From assembly GCF_000155895.1 (NCBI RefSeq), contig NZ_DS995298.1, positions 1,020,001-1,052,000 of the forward strand: DNA of 32,000 bases. Reading direction: 5' to 3'. Origin of the DNA: Candidatus Pelagibacter sp. HTCC7211 (GTDB lineage Bacteria; Pseudomonadota; Alphaproteobacteria; Pelagibacterales; Pelagibacteraceae). How positions within the stretch are numbered: position 1 is the stretch's first letter; every line of letters starts with the position of its first letter. Below the pieces are notes generated by a model. It saw only the letters and a list, made by a program, of their open reading frames with translations. It was not told the DNA's origin and did no database searches. Made by a program: the position numbers and the translations under genes. Positions 1 to 10,030 of the stretch are shown piece by piece.

Positions 1-1428
1 TATTTTTTGATCAAAATTTATAAACTTAATATTGATAGAGTTATCTAATTCTTGAAGTAATTTGATATTATCATTCATCAAAGAAATTAGATCATTATTT
101 TGAAATATAGGCTTAGGCATTCTTGCAAAATCAGAGAATTCGTTAACTAGTTTTTCAATTTGTTTAATTTGATTATTTATAATCTTAAGATTTTCTTTAA
201 AATTCTCGTTATCATTTTTATTTAATTGAGATGTGTATTTACTTTTTAATCTATCAATAGTTAATTGAATTGGGGTTAGTGGATTTTTAATTTCATGTGC
301 TAACTTTCTTGCTAAATTACCCCAAGCTTCATGCCGCTCATTAATTATTAGTTTTTCTTGCTGATTTTTTAATCTATCGATCATTTGGTTAAAATTCTTA
401 TTTAAAATTTCTAAATCTTTATCAGTTTTTAATTCAGGAACTTTAGTATTTAAATCACCCTCACCAATTGATGAAGATGCTAGTATAAGATTATTAATTG
501 ATCTAAAAAATCTTGAAGAAAAACGTATTGCTATAGAAATAGAAATAAACAATAAAAGTGAAACTACAATTATATATATAATTGCAAATGATATTTTAAT
601 TCCAGTACTTTTTTCTTCTACTGTATAATAAAAATTAATAGCTTCTTGAGACTCAATTAAATAACGAGAAATATCTTTATCTAAATATTTAACAACGTAT
701 AGAAATCTATCTTCAAAATTTTGTAAACGCATTATTGCAGCAGATCGATTTTCTAGTGCATTTATAATCTTTAATGGGCGATCATCATCAAGAACAAGAT
801 TTAAAGCTTTATCAACTGGAGCTATATAAGGTTCATCATCTTCAAGTGTTGTAAATAATATTTTTTTATCAATATCAATAATGTGTATTTCATCTACACC
901 TCTTATAATTTTTTGAGTATTTAAAAATCTTTTATATTCATTCACATTATCATTTAAAAATTTTTTACTTTTATTTACATCAAAAGCTACAAGGACAATT
1001 TCAGATTGGATTTTATTTCGTACCTCTTCAACATAATCTCTTGCTAATTGATAAGAATTATTAACAACTGTAGTTACTTTTTTGTCAAAATATTTTTCGA
1101 GTGCAAATGAAAATAAGAATAATGAAAATATTGATATTAATAGTGAAGGTGTAAGAGTGAATAATGCAAAATAAGTAATATATTTTTTATTTGAATTGAG
1201 ACCGTCTTTATCAATATCATTTTTAATTGCTTTTTTGATTTCTAAGAAAATGAATACGAAAAGTAAAAAAAGTAAAAAAATATTTAAAATTAATAATAAT
1301 TGTAAATTATTATCAGATAACTCTACGTAGCCTTTATCAATAAAAGTTAAAAAGGTTAAAAAACCGATAGAAAGTGTGATAATAAAGAGAAATATTAAAT
1401 ATATATTTTTTTTGATAAATTCGTACAT
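1..1428 (-). CDS. ntrY: NtrY-like sensor histidine kinase, N-terminal 476 codons; the C-terminal ATPase part lies beyond the window edge
   Basis: Not in the ORF track because there is no stop codon in the window. I translated the minus strand by hand from the ATG at 1428-1426 down to position 1: 476 codons with no stop. The N-terminus is hydrophobic (MYEFIKKNIYLIFLFIITLSIGFLTFLTF...) with a second TM segment (ISFAIIYIIVVSLLLFISISIAI), followed by a HAMP-like linker. The H-box ERHEAWGNLARKLAHEIKNPLTPIQLTIDRLK (His codon at 295-297) matches the NtrY-type AHEIKNPLTPIQL signature. Confidence 0.85.
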   Translation of the reverse strand, partial: MYEFIKKNIYLIFLFIITLSIGFLTFLTFIDKGYVELSDNNLQLLLILNIFLLFLLFVFIFLEIKKAIKNDIDKDGLNSNKKYITYFALFTLTPSLLISIFSLFLFSFALEKYFDKKVTTVVNNSYQLARDYVEEVRNKIQSEIVLVAFDVNKSKKFLNDNVNEYKRFLNTQKIIRGVDEIHIIDIDKKILFTTLEDDEPYIAPVDKALNLVLDDDRPLKIINALENRSAAIMRLQNFEDRFLYVVKYLDKDISRYLIESQEAINFYYTVEEKSTGIKISFAIIYIIVVSLLLFISISIAIRFSSRFFRSINNLILASSSIGEGDLNTKVPELKTDKDLEILNKNFNQMIDRLKNQQEKLIINERHEAWGNLARKLAHEIKNPLTPIQLTIDRLKSKYTSQLNKNDNENFKENLKIINNQIKQIEKLVNEFSDFARMPKPIFQNNDLISLMNDNIKLLQELDNSINIKFINFDQKI

Positions 1429-1450
1429 TTTAAATAAATAATCACATCAA

Positions 1451-2560
1451 ATGATGAACAATTATTTTATAATACTTGCCTCAGGACAAAGCAAAAGATT
1501 TAATTCAACTAAGCCAAAACAATTTATTACTTATAAAAATAAAGCACTTTTTGAGCATTCAGTTGATAAAGCTATAACTTCTAAACTGTTTAAAAAAATT
1601 ATTTTAGTTACAAATGATAAAAAACAAATCAAAAATAAATTTCCAAAAAATGTAATAATTATTAATGGTGGTAAAGAAAGATCAGACTCATCTTTGAAAG
1701 GTTTAAATTATATCAAGAAATATAAACCAAATAATGTTTTAATTCATGATGCTGCAAGACCAAATTTCTCAATTGGTCTTTTAAAAAAACTTATTAATTC
1801 ATTACAAAAGAATAAGGCATCGATACCTATAATTAACTCTAAAGACTCCATAAAATATAAAGTTAAAAATCAATTGTTTAATTTAAAAAGAGATAATTCT
1901 TTTTTAACACAAACACCTCAAGCGTTTAAATTTAAAGATATCTACGAATTATCAATTAAACAAAAAAACAAAATTCAAGATGAAGCTACATTATTTATTG
2001 ATAATAATTTAAATATTAAGTTTATTAAAGGTGAAATCACTAACGATAAAATTACATTTAAAGAAGATATTAAAAACATTAAAACTTATTTTGGTATCGG
2101 TTTTGATATCCATAGATTGATTAAGAAAAAGAAACTTTATTTAGGTGGAATGAAAATACCCTTCCACTCAGGTTTAAAAGGTCACTCAGATGGTGATGTT
2201 ATTTTACATGCAATAATAGATGCAATACTAGGTGCAATCAGAAAAAAAGATATAGGTTCACTTTTTCCAGATAATAAAAATAAATTTAAAAATATTAGAT
2301 CACCAAATATGCTTAAACCCATTCTTGAAATTTTAGATAAAGGTAATTTTTATATAAATAATCTCGATATAAATTTAATTTGTGAACAACCCAAAGTATC
2401 AAAATATAGGAAAAAAATAATAAGTTCATTATCGAATTTGTTAAAATTAAATAAAGATCTTATTAATTTAAAAGGTAAAACAGTTGAAAAATTGGGTTTA
2501 ATTGGAAAAGAAAAAGCAATAGCTTGTGAAGTAATCATTTCTATTTGTAAATATGATTAA
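1451..2560 (+). CDS. ispDF: Bifunctional 2-C-methyl-D-erythritol 4-phosphate cytidylyltransferase / 2-C-methyl-D-erythritol 2,4-cyclodiphosphate synthase (IspD-IspF fusion)
   Basis: 369 aa. The N-terminal half is IspD-like (ILASGQSKRF..., IHDAARP). The C-terminal half carries IspF motifs (GIGFDIHRL, GHSDGDVILHAIIDAILGA). This fusion is typical of alphaproteobacteria. Confidence 0.95.
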   Translation: MMNNYFIILASGQSKRFNSTKPKQFITYKNKALFEHSVDKAITSKLFKKIILVTNDKKQIKNKFPKNVIIINGGKERSDSSLKGLNYIKKYKPNNVLIHDAARPNFSIGLLKKLINSLQKNKASIPIINSKDSIKYKVKNQLFNLKRDNSFLTQTPQAFKFKDIYELSIKQKNKIQDEATLFIDNNLNIKFIKGEITNDKITFKEDIKNIKTYFGIGFDIHRLIKKKKLYLGGMKIPFHSGLKGHSDGDVILHAIIDAILGAIRKKDIGSLFPDNKNKFKNIRSPNMLKPILEILDKGNFYINNLDINLICEQPKVSKYRKKIISSLSNLLKLNKDLINLKGKTVEKLGLIGKEKAIACEVIISICKYD

Positions 2561-3056
2561 AACATTTAATTTCTTATTTGTTACTATGCTTGGTCTTGGA
2601 AAAGTAAAATTTATGCCAGGAACATTTGCATCTTTAGCTACAGTTTTAATTCTTTACATTTGCTTTCATATTTTGAACTTAAATTCAAACGTTATACTTT
2701 TAGGAATATTAATAATTTTTATATATTCGTTCATTGCTGTCACAAATCATACTAAAAATATTGAAAACAAAGATCCAGGAGAAATAGTTATTGATGAATT
2801 TATTGGACAATCTATACCTATATTCCTTTACGAAGTATCACATGGAACTGTTAAAGAGCCTAATGAAGCAATAATATTTTATGGAGTTTGTTTTATATTA
2901 TTTAGATACTTTGACATCGTCAAACCATTTCCAGTTAGTTATTTTGATAAAAAATATAAGAACAGTTTTGGTGTAATAATGGATGATGTTTGTGCTGGAT
3001 TTTGTGTTGTCTTATCATTAATTTGCTTCATGGTTTTAAAAAGTTACATTTTATAA
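2553..3056 (+). CDS. pgpA: Phosphatidylglycerophosphatase A
   Basis: 167-aa membrane protein with PgpA motifs (GLGKVKFMPGTFASL, IVIDEFIGQ, FRYFDIVKPFP, MDDVCAGF). It overlaps the ispDF 3' end by 8 nt. Confidence 0.9.
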   Translation: MIKTFNFLFVTMLGLGKVKFMPGTFASLATVLILYICFHILNLNSNVILLGILIIFIYSFIAVTNHTKNIENKDPGEIVIDEFIGQSIPIFLYEVSHGTVKEPNEAIIFYGVCFILFRYFDIVKPFPVSYFDKKYKNSFGVIMDDVCAGFCVVLSLICFMVLKSYIL

Positions 3057-3514
3057 TGAAAAACCTTGTAAAAATACTTACCAAAAAAAAATTAAAAATT
3101 GCTTTTGCTGAGTCCTGCACCGGCGGGATGCTTGCTTCAAAAATAACTGCAATAAGTGGAGCATCAAAAGTATTTAGTCTGGGTCTCGTTACCTATTCAA
3201 ATCAAGCAAAAATAAGTGTTTTAAAAGTAAACAAAAGTATTATTCAGAAATATGGTGCTGTTAGCCCTCAATGTTGTCAAGCTATGGTTAAAAATTTAGC
3301 AAAAATTTCTAAAGCTCAAATAAATGTTTCCATTACAGGTATCGCAGGACCAAATGGTGGAACTAAATTAAAACCTGTTGGGCTAGTATATATTGGAGTA
3401 AAAAATAATAATGAAATTTTTATTTCTAAAAATTTTTTTAAAGAAAAAAATAGAAAAGCTATTCAAAAAACTACAGTTACTAAAACTTTGAAAATTATAA
3501 AATCGTTAATTTAA
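3056..3514 (+). CDS. pncC: CinA C-terminal domain / nicotinamide-nucleotide amidohydrolase (PncC) family protein
   Basis: IAFAESCTGGMLA, ITGIAGPNGG and PVGLVYIG are CinA-C/PncC signatures. I chose the ATG at 3056, which forms a TAATG junction with the pgpA stop. The track start at 2990 would add 22 residues lying inside pgpA. Confidence 0.85.
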   Translation: MKNLVKILTKKKLKIAFAESCTGGMLASKITAISGASKVFSLGLVTYSNQAKISVLKVNKSIIQKYGAVSPQCCQAMVKNLAKISKAQINVSITGIAGPNGGTKLKPVGLVYIGVKNNNEIFISKNFFKEKNRKAIQKTTVTKTLKIIKSLI

Positions 3515-3546
3515 TTTAAATTATTTAGATATAAAGCTTATTATTA

Positions 3547-3984
3547 TTATAAGTTTTCAGCTCTTTTTTGAAAAGCATCTGCAATTTTATTTAAACCATA
3601 TTGGAAAGATTTTTCCATAATTAAATTTAAAAACTTATTTTTTATCTCAAAATCAACATCAAATTGAACTTCAGTATAATTTTCCATTTGTATAAATTTC
3701 CAATTATTTTCAAGATGTTTTAAAGGACCACCAATATTAGTTACATGAATAGAGTCATTTCTTTTATCATATCTGACAGCACTTTTATATGTATCTACAA
3801 AAGGTTTTTTACCAATGGTGAGATCTGCAATAATTGTTATCTGATCCTCATTATCATTTTTTTCATAAACTTTAGAGTTTATACAAAATGGAATGAACTC
3901 AGGATATTTTTCAATATCTAAAACAAAATCAATTAACTTTTGTTTCTCACTAGCTATTTGCCTGGTTACTGAGGCTTTAGGCAT
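3547..3984 (-). CDS. SRPBCC-fold protein of the RatA / Coq10 (cyclase-dehydrase) family
   Basis: 145 aa, with the length and pattern typical of polyketide_cyc2/Coq10-like proteins. It is joined to lipA by a TAATG junction at 3982-3986; lipA-ratA adjacency is common in alphaproteobacteria. Confidence 0.75.
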   Translation of the reverse strand: MPKASVTRQIASEKQKLIDFVLDIEKYPEFIPFCINSKVYEKNDNEDQITIIADLTIGKKPFVDTYKSAVRYDKRNDSIHVTNIGGPLKHLENNWKFIQMENYTEVQFDVDFEIKNKFLNLIMEKSFQYGLNKIADAFQKRAENL

Positions 3985-4910
3985 TAATTATTTTTCAATC
4001 TGTTCTGTTGAAGTTTAGCAAAATCTTCATCGGCGTGGTAAGATGATCTTGTTAGGGGTGAGGATGAAACTAAAAGAAATCCTTTTGAATTTGCAATATT
4101 TTTTAATTCTTTAAATTCATCAGGATGATAATATCTGCTAAGTGGATGATGTTTTGATGAAGGTTGTAAATATTGACCAATAGTTAAAAAATCAACCTCT
4201 GCAGACCTTAAATCATCCATTACCTGTATTAACTCATCTTTTTCTTCACCAAGACCAACCATTAAACCTGATTTAGTAAAAACTTTTTTATTAATTTTCT
4301 TAACATTTTTTAACAACTCTAATGAACCAAAATATCTAGCACCAGGTCTTACCTTCAGATAAAGACGAGGAACTGTTTCAATATTATGATTAAAAACATC
4401 TAAATCAGTTTCTAAGATTTTTTTATATGCATCTCCTTTTCTTAGAAAATCTGGTGTTAATACTTCAATTGTCGTGTTTGGATTTTTTTTTTGAGTTGCA
4501 GTAATTACATCAAAAAAATGATTTGATCCACCATCATCAAGGTCATCACGATCTACTGATGTTATAACTACATGTTTTAAGTTTAATTTATTTACAGCAT
4601 TTGAAATTTTGTAAGGCTCAAAGGGATCTAGGCTTTCTGGTTTACCAGTTTTTACATCACAAAATGCGCATGCTCTTGTGCATGTGTCGCCCATGATCAT
4701 AAAAGTTGCATGTCTTTTGCTCCAGCACTCAGTTATATTTGGACAATTTGCTTCCTGACAAACAGTAACTAAATTGTTTTGGTTGACTACTGTTTTTGTT
4801 AAAAAAAATTCTTTACTATTAGAAAGTTTTGACCTGATCCAATCTGGTTTTTTTTTGATTGGATTAATTGGTTTATTAACTTTTTCTGGGTGTCTAATTT
4901 TACTTGCCAT
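3984..4910 (-). CDS. lipA: Lipoyl synthase
   Basis: 308 aa with both cysteine clusters ([13 protein letters not shown] and [10 protein letters not shown], the radical-SAM CxxxCxxC). Confidence 0.97.
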   Translation of the reverse strand: MASKIRHPEKVNKPINPIKKKPDWIRSKLSNSKEFFLTKTVVNQNNLVTVCQEANCPNITECWSKRHATFMIMGDTCTRACAFCDVKTGKPESLDPFEPYKISNAVNKLNLKHVVITSVDRDDLDDGGSNHFFDVITATQKKNPNTTIEVLTPDFLRKGDAYKKILETDLDVFNHNIETVPRLYLKVRPGARYFGSLELLKNVKKINKKVFTKSGLMVGLGEEKDELIQVMDDLRSAEVDFLTIGQYLQPSSKHHPLSRYYHPDEFKELKNIANSKGFLLVSSSPLTRSSYHADEDFAKLQQNRLKNN

Positions 4911-5202
4911 TATCTTTTATTATATAAATTGTCTCCTCTTTTTTGCCAAACAAAAACCTCTCTCTGATTAAAGTTTCAACGTAATCAAGATCTAAATTTG
5001 TGCTTAATAATGAGTTTTTGTGATCTAAATAACTTATATTATTAATTAAGGTTAGTTCCTCTTTTTTCAAGTCGGACAAAAGTTCCTTTTTTTTAATATA
5101 AGAAGAATAACCTCTTTCACCAGACATTAGATTAAAACCAAAATATAAAATCAGAAATATAGATATTAATAAAAAATAATTTCGTTTTATTAACCTCAGC
5201 AT
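4900..5202 (-). CDS. ftsB: Septum formation initiator (FtsB/DivIC family)
   Basis: 100 aa with a single N-terminal TM helix followed by a coiled-coil-like segment. It sits directly downstream of eno, as in many proteobacteria, and overlaps lipA by 11 nt. Confidence 0.7.
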   Translation of the reverse strand: MLRLIKRNYFLLISIFLILYFGFNLMSGERGYSSYIKKKELLSDLKKEELTLINNISYLDHKNSLLSTNLDLDYVETLIRERFLFGKKEETIYIIKDNGK

Positions 5203-6458
5203 TAATTGATTTTATTCATCCTTGCAGTTTTTCCAAGTTCTTCCTCTATACGAAGTAATTGATTATATTTTGCAACTCTTTCAGATCTAGCTAGTGACCC
5301 AGTTTTTATTTGATTTGAATTTGTTCCAACTGCTAAATCTGCAATAAATGTATCTTCACTTTCACCCGATCTATGAGAAATTATTGTTTTATAACCTATG
5401 GTTTGTGCAAATTTTATTACATCTAATGTTTCAGACACAGTTCCAATTTGATTAAGTTTTATTAAAATTGAATTAGATGAAATATTTAAAAAACCTTTTT
5501 TAAGTCTTTCAAGGTTTGTTACATACAAGTCATCTCCAACAATTTGAACATTATTAGTTGATTTCATCAACTTATTCCATGCTAACCAGTCATCTTCAGC
5601 AAATGGATCTTCTATTGATTTAATCTTATATTTTTTAATAATTTTTAGGTATTCTTTAATTGATTTTTCAACTGATACGTAATTTTTTGAATGAATTGAA
5701 TACTTTTTATTTCTAAATAATTCGTTAGCAGCCACATCAAGACAAATTGAAATATCCCTACCATTTTTAAATCCTGCTTTTTTAATCGCCGATACAATTA
5801 AATCTAGAGCTTGACTATTACTGTTAATCATAGGTGCAAAACCACCCTCATCACCTACAGATGTTGATAAACCTTTATCTTTAATTAATTTACTTAGGCT
5901 TTTAATCACTAAAAAACATATTCTCATAGCTTCAGTGAAACTTTTTGCTTTATCAGGTCTAATCATAAATTCTTGTATTCTCAGTCCATTGTTAGCATGT
6001 GCTCCACCGTTAATAATATTCATTAAAGGATAAGGTAGTTGGTAATTATTTTTTTTAAAAAAAGTTTTATACAGGGGTAGTTTTTTTGCTTTTGCTGAAA
6101 GCTTTTTTACTGCCATCGATACAGCTAGCATCGCATTAGCACCCAAATTTGTTTTTTGTCTAGTTCCGTCTAAATTAATTAATAAAGTATCTATTCGTTC
6201 TTGATTGTGAATACTTTGACCTTTTAATTTTTTAGAAATTTTTGTATTTACTAAATTAACAGCAGTTAAAACACTTTTTCCAAGATATCTTTTATTATTT
6301 GTATCTCTTTTTTCAAACGCCTCAAATGTACCAGTTGATGCACCTGATGGACAAATAGCAGAAGCACTATTGTTTTTTATAAAAACTTCTGCTTCAACTG
6401 TTGGATTTCCTCTACTATCAAATACTTGACGTGCTTTTACTTTTAAAATCTTGCTCAC
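5202..6458 (-). CDS. eno: Enolase (phosphopyruvate hydratase)
   Basis: 418 aa with N-terminus MSKILKVKARQVFDSRGNPTVEAEV and the SHRSGESEDTFIADLAV motif. The start codon is GTG (6458-6456), sharing one base with the kdsA TAG stop. Confidence 0.98.
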   Translation of the reverse strand: MSKILKVKARQVFDSRGNPTVEAEVFIKNNSASAICPSGASTGTFEAFEKRDTNNKRYLGKSVLTAVNLVNTKISKKLKGQSIHNQERIDTLLINLDGTRQKTNLGANAMLAVSMAVKKLSAKAKKLPLYKTFFKKNNYQLPYPLMNIINGGAHANNGLRIQEFMIRPDKAKSFTEAMRICFLVIKSLSKLIKDKGLSTSVGDEGGFAPMINSNSQALDLIVSAIKKAGFKNGRDISICLDVAANELFRNKKYSIHSKNYVSVEKSIKEYLKIIKKYKIKSIEDPFAEDDWLAWNKLMKSTNNVQIVGDDLYVTNLERLKKGFLNISSNSILIKLNQIGTVSETLDVIKFAQTIGYKTIISHRSGESEDTFIADLAVGTNSNQIKTGSLARSERVAKYNQLLRIEEELGKTARMNKIN

Positions 6459-7282
6459 TATTTTTTTATTAAATTATCGATATCATTTAATTGTTTTAAT
6501 AAGTTTTCTAATTTATCTAAAGGAACCATATTAGGTCCATCGGATGGAGCGTTATCTGGGTCATGATGTGTTTCAATAAATACTCCTGCAACACCAACAG
6601 CAACTGCAGCTCTTGCTAAATATTCAACAAATTCTCTTTGGCCACCTGAAGACTCTCCTTGTCCTCCTGGTTGTTGAACCGAATGAGTTGCATCAAAAAT
6701 TACTGGGTAACCATTTTTTGCCATTATCGGTAAAGATCTCATGTCAGATACAAGAGTGTTATAGCCAAAACTCGCACCTCTTTCTGTAACTAAAATATTT
6801 TCATTTCCAGAGTCTGAAATTTTTTTTGTAACATTAACCATATCCCATGGTGCAAGAAACTGACCTTTTTTTACATTTATAATCTTATTAGTTTTCGCAG
6901 CAGAAATTAATAAATCTGTTTGTCTGCAGAGAAATGCAGGGATCTGTAATATATCAACATGATTTGCTAAAATTGAACATTGTTCTGCGTTATGAATGTC
7001 TGTTAAAATTGGAACATCTAATTCTTTTTTAATTTTATCAAATACTGGTAATGAAGCTTCTAATCCTGCACCTCGCTCACCCTTTAAACTAGTTCTATTG
7101 GCTTTATCAAATGAAGTTTTGTAAATAAATCCTAAATTAAATTTTTTTGTAATTTCCTTTATTTTACCAGCCATGTCCATGGCATGCTGTTCCGTTTCTA
7201 GCTGACACGGACCCGCAATAATACAAATTTTATTATCGTTTGAAATTTCTATGTTTCTACAATTTACTTTAATACTACTCAT
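6458..7282 (-). CDS. kdsA: 3-deoxy-8-phosphooctulonate synthase (KDO8P synthase)
   Basis: 274 aa with KdsA motifs ([30 protein letters not shown]). Confidence 0.97.
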   Translation of the reverse strand: MSSIKVNCRNIEISNDNKICIIAGPCQLETEQHAMDMAGKIKEITKKFNLGFIYKTSFDKANRTSLKGERGAGLEASLPVFDKIKKELDVPILTDIHNAEQCSILANHVDILQIPAFLCRQTDLLISAAKTNKIINVKKGQFLAPWDMVNVTKKISDSGNENILVTERGASFGYNTLVSDMRSLPIMAKNGYPVIFDATHSVQQPGGQGESSGGQREFVEYLARAAVAVGVAGVFIETHHDPDNAPSDGPNMVPLDKLENLLKQLNDIDNLIKK

Positions 7283-8895
7283 TTATGATTTTTTGCTGCC
7301 TTGATAAATGAAGAGAATAAAGGATGAGGCGATAAAGGTCTAGATTTAAATTCAGGATGAAACTGAACTCCTATAAACCAAGGATGGTTTTTTAACTCTA
7401 TAATCTCAGGTAATTTATTGTCAGGTGATAAACCTGAGAAAATCATGCCTTTTTTTTCAAATTTATCTTTATAAGCAATGTTCACTTCATATCTGTGTCT
7501 ATGTCTTTCTTTAATAATTTTTGACTTATAAATTTTTCTAATTAAAGAATTATCTTTAAGTTTTGCATCATATGAACCTAATCTCATCGTCCCACCAAGA
7601 TCTTTATCGGTACCTTTAATCATTTTGCCATCTTTGGACCATTCGTTAATTAACCCAACTAATGGTAATCCTTTCTTATCAAATTCACTTGAAGTTGCGT
7701 TTTTGATATTCAATTGATTTCTTGCAAATTCAATAATTGCCATTTGCATGCCATAACATATTCCTAGGAATGGAATTTTATTTAATCTTGAATGTTTAAT
7801 AGCTTCAATTTTTCCATCTGTTCCTCTTTTACCAAATCCACCTGGTATTAATATACCTGAAATATTTTTAAGTTTTTTCTTAATTTCTGAAACTTTTAAT
7901 TTTTCAGAATCTATTCTAACTAAATTAACTTTGACTTTATTTTCAATTCCACCATGAGTTAAAGCTTCATCTAATGATTTATACGCATCTTTGAGCTCAA
8001 CATATTTACCAATAATAGCAATATTAACTTGTCTTTTATTTTGTAAAATAATTTTAGTAATTTTTTTCCACGGGTTTAAATTTGCTGATTTTTTTGATTT
8101 TAATTTAAAATAATTCAATACTTGAAGATCTAATTTTTCTCTAAAAAAACTCATCGGAGCTTCATAAATAGTCCTTACATCAACAGTCTCGATTACATTT
8201 TTGATATCAACATTACAAAATAATGAAATTTTCTTTCTGTGCTCTAAAGGTATTGATCGTTCAGATCTACAAATTATTATATCAGGTTGAATACCTATAC
8301 TTCTTAACTCTTTTACAGAATGCTGAGTTGGTTTTGTTTTAATTTCATCGGAAGCTTTTAAATAAGGTACTAATGTAAGATGTATAAATAATGCATTTTT
8401 TTTACCCACATCATTTGCAAATTGTCTTATAGCTTCAACAAATGGTAAACTTTCAATATCCCCTACAATTCCCCCTATTTCACAAATAACAAAATCTTCT
8501 TTTGAAGAGTCATTTTTAATAAATTGTTTTATTCGATCTGTAATATGAGGAATTACCTGAACTGTTTTACCTAAGTATTCACCCTTTCGTTCTTTTTTAA
8601 GAACATCGTTATAAATTTTACCAGTTGTTATATTATCTGATTTTTTAGCTGATACCCCTGAAAATCTTTCATAATGACCTAGATCTAAATCGGTTTCTGC
8701 ACCGTCATCTGTTACGTAAACTTCCCCATGTTGAAATGGACTCATGGTACCTGGATCAACATTTAAATATGGATCCAATTTTCTTAATCTAATTTTATAT
8801 CCTCTAGATTGTAATAGAAATGCTAGCGATGCTGAAGAGAGACCTTTGCCTAAGGAAGAAACCACGCCGCCGGTGACAAATATATATCGCGCCAT
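7279..8895 (-). CDS. pyrG: CTP synthase
   Basis: 538 aa with N-terminus [18 protein letters not shown] and the glutaminase domain motifs GICYGMQ and QFHPEF. It forms an ATGA overlap with kdsA. Confidence 0.98.
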   Translation of the reverse strand: MARYIFVTGGVVSSLGKGLSSASLAFLLQSRGYKIRLRKLDPYLNVDPGTMSPFQHGEVYVTDDGAETDLDLGHYERFSGVSAKKSDNITTGKIYNDVLKKERKGEYLGKTVQVIPHITDRIKQFIKNDSSKEDFVICEIGGIVGDIESLPFVEAIRQFANDVGKKNALFIHLTLVPYLKASDEIKTKPTQHSVKELRSIGIQPDIIICRSERSIPLEHRKKISLFCNVDIKNVIETVDVRTIYEAPMSFFREKLDLQVLNYFKLKSKKSANLNPWKKITKIILQNKRQVNIAIIGKYVELKDAYKSLDEALTHGGIENKVKVNLVRIDSEKLKVSEIKKKLKNISGILIPGGFGKRGTDGKIEAIKHSRLNKIPFLGICYGMQMAIIEFARNQLNIKNATSSEFDKKGLPLVGLINEWSKDGKMIKGTDKDLGGTMRLGSYDAKLKDNSLIRKIYKSKIIKERHRHRYEVNIAYKDKFEKKGMIFSGLSPDNKLPEIIELKNHPWFIGVQFHPEFKSRPLSPHPLFSSFIKAAKNHK

Positions 8896-8939
8896 GGAAT
8901 TATCTTATAACGAATAAAAAATGAAAAGAAAAGAATAAA

Positions 8940-9239
8940 TTAATTATTTTCTGGAATTAAGGGCGTATCTTCAGCCTTCTCTTCAACAGTATCTAAAACT
9001 GAACTAGTTGGTGTTAATTCTGCTCTTGAAATAATAGTCAATGCTAAACTGCAAATTATAAATAAAGTTGCAACTATTGCTGTAGCTTTAGTCATGAAGC
9101 TACCTGCAGATCTTGATAACATAAAATTTTCTTGTGAAACGCCTATACCTAAGGCACCACCTTCTGATTTTTGTAACAAAATTAAAGAAACCAAAATCAG
9201 AGCAAGTACGATGTTAATTACGAGCAATATATTTTCCAT
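8940..9239 (-). CDS. secG: Preprotein translocase subunit SecG
   Basis: 99 aa with two TM helices flanking the LLQKSEGGALG motif. It sits between tpiA and pyrG. Confidence 0.85.
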   Translation of the reverse strand: MENILLVINIVLALILVSLILLQKSEGGALGIGVSQENFMLSRSAGSFMTKATAIVATLFIICSLALTIISRAELTPTSSVLDTVEEKAEDTPLIPENN

Positions 9240-9244
9240 GGGCG

Positions 9245-9982
9245 TTAATTATACGTTTTTTTAATTATATCAATAAATTTTTTTGGATCTTGTGAAGCTC
9301 CACCAATCAAAAAACCATCAATGCCACTGATATTTTTTAATTGTGAAATATTTTGGTTATTTACAGAACCACCATATAAAATTTTTGGAGGTTTTGAACC
9401 AAATTTATTTTTAATAAAATTTACTGATTTAATTAGATCTTTAGACTTTGGAATTATTCCAGTTCCTATCGACCAAAATGGTTCATAGGCAACAATTATA
9501 TCAGACTTATTTCTAATTGATTTAAGTCCTTTATTAATTTGATTTGATAGAACTTGATTTGTTCTTTTATTCCTTTTTTCTTTCAAAGTTTCACCAATAC
9601 AAAAAATTATTTTTAATCCTGATTTAATTGCACTTCTAATCTTTAAATTAATTAATTTATCGCTTTCACCCTCTTGTCTATTTTCGGAATGACCCAAAAT
9701 AATATATTTAGCCCCAACATTTTTTAACATTTTTGAATTCACACTTCCTGTAAATGCACCGTAGCTATCACTAACATGACAATTTTGTGCGCCAACTTCT
9801 ATTTTCGTTTTTTGCAATCTTTTTGACATAGGTCTAATAAGTGTATTTGGAGGACAATAAATTAATTTAGATTTTCTTTTATTAATTTTTGAAAATTTTA
9901 TGACTTTATCAAGTGAATTTAGAGTTCTTAAATCTCCAAACATTTTCCAATTTGCAATAAAATACATATATTTATTTGTCAT
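9245..9982 (-). CDS. tpiA: Triosephosphate isomerase
   Basis: 245 aa with the TIM motifs ANWKM, ILGHSE, AYEPFWSIGTG and GGASQ. Confidence 0.95.
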   Translation of the reverse strand: MTNKYMYFIANWKMFGDLRTLNSLDKVIKFSKINKRKSKLIYCPPNTLIRPMSKRLQKTKIEVGAQNCHVSDSYGAFTGSVNSKMLKNVGAKYIILGHSENRQEGESDKLINLKIRSAIKSGLKIIFCIGETLKEKRNKRTNQVLSNQINKGLKSIRNKSDIIVAYEPFWSIGTGIIPKSKDLIKSVNFIKNKFGSKPPKILYGGSVNNQNISQLKNISGIDGFLIGGASQDPKKFIDIIKKTYN

Positions 9983-10030
9983 AATTGAATTTTTAATCTA
10001 TAGATTTGTTTTTTACATATCAATGAATTA

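Noticed and set aside
2990-3055. Longer N-terminal extensions offered by the ORF track: pncC-like from 2990, dxr from the TTG at 25557, gltX from the TTG at 16052 and lpxD from the TTG at 21126
   Set aside because: The extensions add non-conserved residues, overlap the upstream gene, or use TTG when an ATG lies immediately downstream. That ATG gives the conserved N-terminus and a typical ATGA/TAATG junction.
3507-3523. A 17-nt palindrome, TAATTTAA-T-TTAAATTA, between convergent pncC-like and ratA-like genes, as a possible bidirectional terminator
   Set aside because: The stem is entirely A-T with a 1-nt centre, so any hairpin would be very weak. Such palindromes are expected by chance in sequence that is about 70% A+T.
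3547-3984. A RatA-family protein as the toxin of a toxin-antitoxin module
   Set aside because: There is no small partner gene. The ORF is coupled to lipA by a TAATG junction in an arrangement common in alphaproteobacteria. The family (SRPBCC/Coq10-like) is more plausibly a lipid/quinone-binding housekeeping protein.
8896-8939. The 44-nt secG-pyrG spacer and the other short spacers (13482-13489, 16033-16051, 24368-24381) as possible sRNA or terminator sites
   Set aside because: They are too short, and I found no stem-loops or conserved-looking motifs in them.
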